Shown: positions 60,987 through 64,000 of the stretch, one piece after another
How positions within the stretch are numbered: position 1 is the stretch's first letter
How the letters are laid out: each line of letters starts with the position of its first letter
IMG/VR virus record: IMGVR_UViG_3300033150_001234
Coordinates: 27,307 to 91,306 of that record
DNA length: 64,000 bases
Source of the DNA: a virus
Strand: one strand, 5' to 3'
Position numbers and translations under genes: made by a program
The notes under the pieces: model-generated
What the model was told of the DNA's origin: nothing
The model's input: only the letters and a program-made list of their open reading frames with translations
Databases searched by the model: none

Positions 60987-61388
60987 ATGACTAAATTATA
61001 TATTAATAGTAAATTATTTGAAATGGTTATTACTTTTCTTTGTAGGAGGGAACACGTAAAGAATCCAGGTGCAAAACCTTACAAGTTAAAAGTATATACT
61101 ACTTGGGCAGGTGAACCTATTAAATATAATCCTGAGAAACTTGAGAAATTAAATTATGTAAGTGTTATAGTAATTGCAGCACATGAATTAGGGCATCATG
61201 TAAAAAGTAGGGGTAGTAGAACTAATAGAGAATATTTAGCAGAAAAGTTTGCTATTAAGATGATAAAAAAATATTGGCCACAGCATTATAAAAAAGCTTT
61301 AAGGTTTACGAAAAAAACAGCAGATAAAAATCTACGTTGGTATACAGAAGCTTTTACAAGAGTATTGGAGGAAGAAAAAAATGGTTAA
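60987..61388 (+). CDS. HExxH zinc metallopeptidase (ImmA/IrrE-like)
   Basis: AAHELGHH...E..AEKFA. Confidence 0.7.
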   Translation: MTKLYINSKLFEMVITFLCRREHVKNPGAKPYKLKVYTTWAGEPIKYNPEKLEKLNYVSVIVIAAHELGHHVKSRGSRTNREYLAEKFAIKMIKKYWPQHYKKALRFTKKTADKNLRWYTEAFTRVLEEEKNG

Positions 61389-61613
61389 ATCCTTTTACAT
61401 AACATATAAAGAATTAATTAAATTGAAGAAGATTCTCATGGAGTACGGTAGAATTGAAGAAGTTGATTATAGACAAATAAATGAAATAGATTCAAATAAT
61501 ACTAAACAACAGAAAGTTGAATTTATTGCTAGTATACATATGATAAATAAGATTCGCGGTTATTTAAGATATTATATTTATCCTTTTAGAAAGAAAGTAG
61601 TATAATAAATAAA

Positions 61614-61734
61614 GGCAATCAATGGCGATGGACACCCTTTAAATAGCGGGAGTTAGTATCTGTAAAGTAGAGTAAAGCTAAGTCTTAATGTAAATAGCCA
61701 GTGAAATTCTGACAGTCCAGCGCCAAAGATTGCT
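61614..61734 (+). ncRNA. Candidate structured ncRNA (long closing stem + multi-branch core)
   Basis: GGCAATC/GATTGCT, TGGCG/CGCCA, TGGAC/GTCCA nested stems; TATAAT at 61601-61606. Confidence 0.6.
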
Positions 61735-61753
61735 GTAACAAAGTGAGGGGAGT

Positions 61754-62134
61754 ATGAGAGATATAAAATTTAGGGCTTGGGTTGACCATACAAGTTGTGT
61801 AAATGTAGTTAAAGATTTTATGTGGAAAGCAGAAAATATTCATAAGATTTCACTTGAAAAACTTGGGAAAGGGCAGGGAAACATATATTGTAACGCTATT
61901 GGTAGTTGGTGGAAAGGTATCCTCATGCAATACACAGGCTTAAAGGACAAGAATGGGGTTGAGATATATGAGGGGGATATAGTTAAAGACCCATATCATG
62001 GAATAAGTGATGTGTTTTACCGTAATGGTGGTATTAAAATTCATGGTAAATACTCTGTTATCTCTTATGGTTCTAATTTTAAAAAAACTGAAGTCATCGG
62101 TAACATATACCAAAACCCTAAATTAGTGATGTAA
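61754..62134 (+). CDS. YopX family protein
   Basis: MRDIKFRAW, LMQYTGLKDKNGVEIYEGDIV, EVIGNIYQNP. Confidence 0.92.
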   Translation: MRDIKFRAWVDHTSCVNVVKDFMWKAENIHKISLEKLGKGQGNIYCNAIGSWWKGILMQYTGLKDKNGVEIYEGDIVKDPYHGISDVFYRNGGIKIHGKYSVISYGSNFKKTEVIGNIYQNPKLVM

Positions 62135-62158
62135 GTAATAGAAAAAAGGAGAAGGGGA

Positions 62159-62956
62159 ATGAATAGTAAAGAGATAGCTGAAGAGCTAATTTTTAAATTA
62201 GAGAATAGAAACACAGGGCTTGAAGATGACATTGAATATTCTTTAAATGAAGGAAAAATTGTAGCTCTCCAATCCCTTATAGACACAGCTAAGGCAGTTG
62301 ATGAAGCAAGGGGGGATTTGCCAGAGAAAATAGATAAGGCTCAATACGGAAGTGGGGTACACAACCAAACTATAGACCAATGTGCTTTAGTAATGGCGAA
62401 GTATAAAGCCAGAATCAAGGAATTTGAAAAGAACGAAAAAGGATACCGTATAAGTGTAGATGAGTTATATAGACAGGGAGAAACATTAAGACAACAGATA
62501 GCCGAACTTGAGAAGACCAAAGAACAGTTATCCCAAGAGATAATGAAGAATGTTGAGGTTGAGAAAGAGAATGAAGAATTAAGCAAAGCAATAATTAGTG
62601 GGGTAAAAAGTGTAACTATTAATTTACCTCTTGACTCTAAGAATTTTGGTGTATTTGAAGCACTTGAGAATAAAATTATTAAGCTAAAACAAGAGAATGA
62701 GGAGTTAAAAAAGAAAAGAGTTGAGTTAATAAAAGCAAAAATGAATTGTGCTGATGACTGTTGGTGTAAATTAGATATTAATAAACTCCAACAGGAAGTC
62801 ACCAAGCTAAAAGAAGAGATAGAAGAACAAGCTACAGATATTATAATTCTAAATGCAAAAAATCAACAATTCCAATCCAAAATTAAGGAACTTCAAAACG
62901 AAAATAATCAATTAAAAGAGGCATTAGATGAGTGGCAAGGAATGGATAGTAATTAA
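62159..62956 (+). CDS. Coiled-coil hypothetical protein
   Basis: Long heptad-rich sequence. Confidence 0.6.
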   Translation: MNSKEIAEELIFKLENRNTGLEDDIEYSLNEGKIVALQSLIDTAKAVDEARGDLPEKIDKAQYGSGVHNQTIDQCALVMAKYKARIKEFEKNEKGYRISVDELYRQGETLRQQIAELEKTKEQLSQEIMKNVEVEKENEELSKAIISGVKSVTINLPLDSKNFGVFEALENKIIKLKQENEELKKKRVELIKAKMNCADDCWCKLDINKLQQEVTKLKEEIEEQATDIIILNAKNQQFQSKIKELQNENNQLKEALDEWQGMDSN

Positions 62957-62988
62957 AATTTGTATATAATATATAAAAGAGGTATTGA

Positions 62989-63390
62989 ATGAAAAAATCT
63001 AAACTCTATAATCAAATTCTTAATTTATTACAAGAACCTCCAACAATAAAATTAGAAGGTATTGAAGTACGACAATGGAAAGCACTTATACCCAAAGATG
63101 CTAGGGCAATGGCTGATGAGATAGTTAAATTAATAAAAATAAATAAAAGGAAAACTATAAGAGGAGATAAGATGAGGGTATTTACTAAGATATTTACAGA
63201 AGACCACATATTCAGAGCTAATGGGTATGATAATAGTAATTTGTTGGATGTACAATTGAACAAGTATTTAGAAGAAAACAAAGATGTGATATTAGTAAGT
63301 GCTCATGCTTTGTTTAATCAAAAACCCAATAAGACAAGTTACACCTTAGATTTTTTAGCCATATTTAAGGTAAGGGAACAGAGGAGGTAG
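62989..63390 (+). CDS. Hypothetical protein (may be two ORFs; internal SD and ATG at 63172)
   Basis: GAGGAG before MRVFTK. Confidence 0.45.
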   Translation: MKKSKLYNQILNLLQEPPTIKLEGIEVRQWKALIPKDARAMADEIVKLIKINKRKTIRGDKMRVFTKIFTEDHIFRANGYDNSNLLDVQLNKYLEENKDVILVSAHALFNQKPNKTSYTLDFLAIFKVREQRR

Positions 63391-63391
63391 A

Positions 63392-63847
63392 ATGGATATA
63401 GGTAGCGGTAAAGGTTATCCTTCAACAACATTATCAAATTTTGCACCACACCCTTTCATAATAGATGATGTTAAATGTAATAGTATGGAAGGATTTTTAC
63501 AATCGTTAAAATATAAGAATCCAGAAATACAAAAAGAGGTATGTAAACTTGTGGGTAAAGCTGCTAAATTTAAAGGTAAAAAGAAAAAGTGGTGGAAATA
63601 TCAATTTCTATATTGGCAGGGTAAGGAGTATGATAGACATAGATTTGATTATCAGGTTTTATTAACTAGGGCTTTTAAAGAATTAGCAAAGAATACTAAA
63701 TTTAAAAAAGCTTTATTATCTACAGGTAATATAAGTCTTACACATTCAATTGGAAAATCTGACCCGCATAAGACAGTTTTAACAAAGTCTGAGTTTATTA
63801 GTAGGTTAGAATATTTTAGAAATGAATTAAGGAGAAATCAAAAATGA
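63392..63847 (+). CDS. NADAR-family protein (T4 gp30.3-like)
   Basis: LSNFAPHPF..D...SMEGFLQSLK, LYWQG, ALLSTG...LTHSIG. Confidence 0.75.
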   Translation: MDIGSGKGYPSTTLSNFAPHPFIIDDVKCNSMEGFLQSLKYKNPEIQKEVCKLVGKAAKFKGKKKKWWKYQFLYWQGKEYDRHRFDYQVLLTRAFKELAKNTKFKKALLSTGNISLTHSIGKSDPHKTVLTKSEFISRLEYFRNELRRNQK

Positions 63848-64000
63848 GTACACTAATAGTAGAAATATGTAAAATAGATGAGGTAACGAAACACCCTAAT
63901 GCTGATAGATTATCAATAGTCACTATCAAGGGATGGCATTGCATCGTAGGCTTGAACGACTATGTCGTGGGAGATGCGATAATCTTTATACCTCCTGATA
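63844..64000 (+). CDS. RNA ligase, DRB0094 family, N-terminal part (truncated by window)
   Basis: KIDEV.KHPNADRL...I.GW.CIV...Y.VGD..IFIPPD. Confidence 0.75.
   Translation, partial: MSTLIVEICKIDEVTKHPNADRLSIVTIKGWHCIVGLNDYVVGDAIIFIPPD

Noticed and set aside
813-63281. Minus-strand ORFs in the supplied track
   Set aside because: All are antisense shadows of + strand genes (e.g. SSTFSSFF mirrors EEKKEEKV) with no recognisable motifs
1-64000. Stop-codon recoding
   Set aside because: Long genes are intact in the standard code and TAA, TAG and TGA all terminate genes

Overview
A 64 kb, AT-rich segment of a tailed dsDNA bacteriophage genome with siphovirus-like morphogenesis genes. Essentially all genes are on the + strand in the standard genetic code. 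Order: small Cys-rich ORFs (0.1-2.2 kb); holin-like gene, BppU-like adaptor and a 1731-aa repetitive fibre (2.3-8.2 kb); HK97 prohead protease/scaffold and major capsid (9.5-11.8 kb); a 9-gene, 8.7-kb glycan synthesis/decoration cassette (GT9, pyruvyltransferase, two methyltransferases, PP-loop protein, WbdD-like methyltransferase-kinase, GT2, B12-radical SAM, degenerate nucleotidyltransferase) between capsid and head-tail connector; neck, tail, tape measure and tip genes (20.5-32.9 kb). Next is a 23.9-kb early/replication block bracketed by a 179-bp direct repeat carrying a hairpin, an IHF-like site and a sigma70 promoter. That block holds primase-helicase, a candidate DNA base-modification locus (FAD oxidoreductase/mutase-like, dUTPase-HAD fusion, NDP-sugar epimerase, miniature thymidylate-synthase fold, dNMP kinase, UDG-DnaE fusion, non-canonical ThyX), SSB, RuvC, RecA, Cas4-like nuclease, SbcCD, DeoC, NDT, DUF1599, split sigma-factor halves and a TerS-like gene. 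A second early region follows with small ORFs sharing a leader motif, peptide deformylase, a candidate structured ncRNA, YopX, NADAR and a truncated RNA ligase. No portal, large terminase, endolysin or integrase was recognised in the window. All protein calls are by-eye motif recognition, not database searches.
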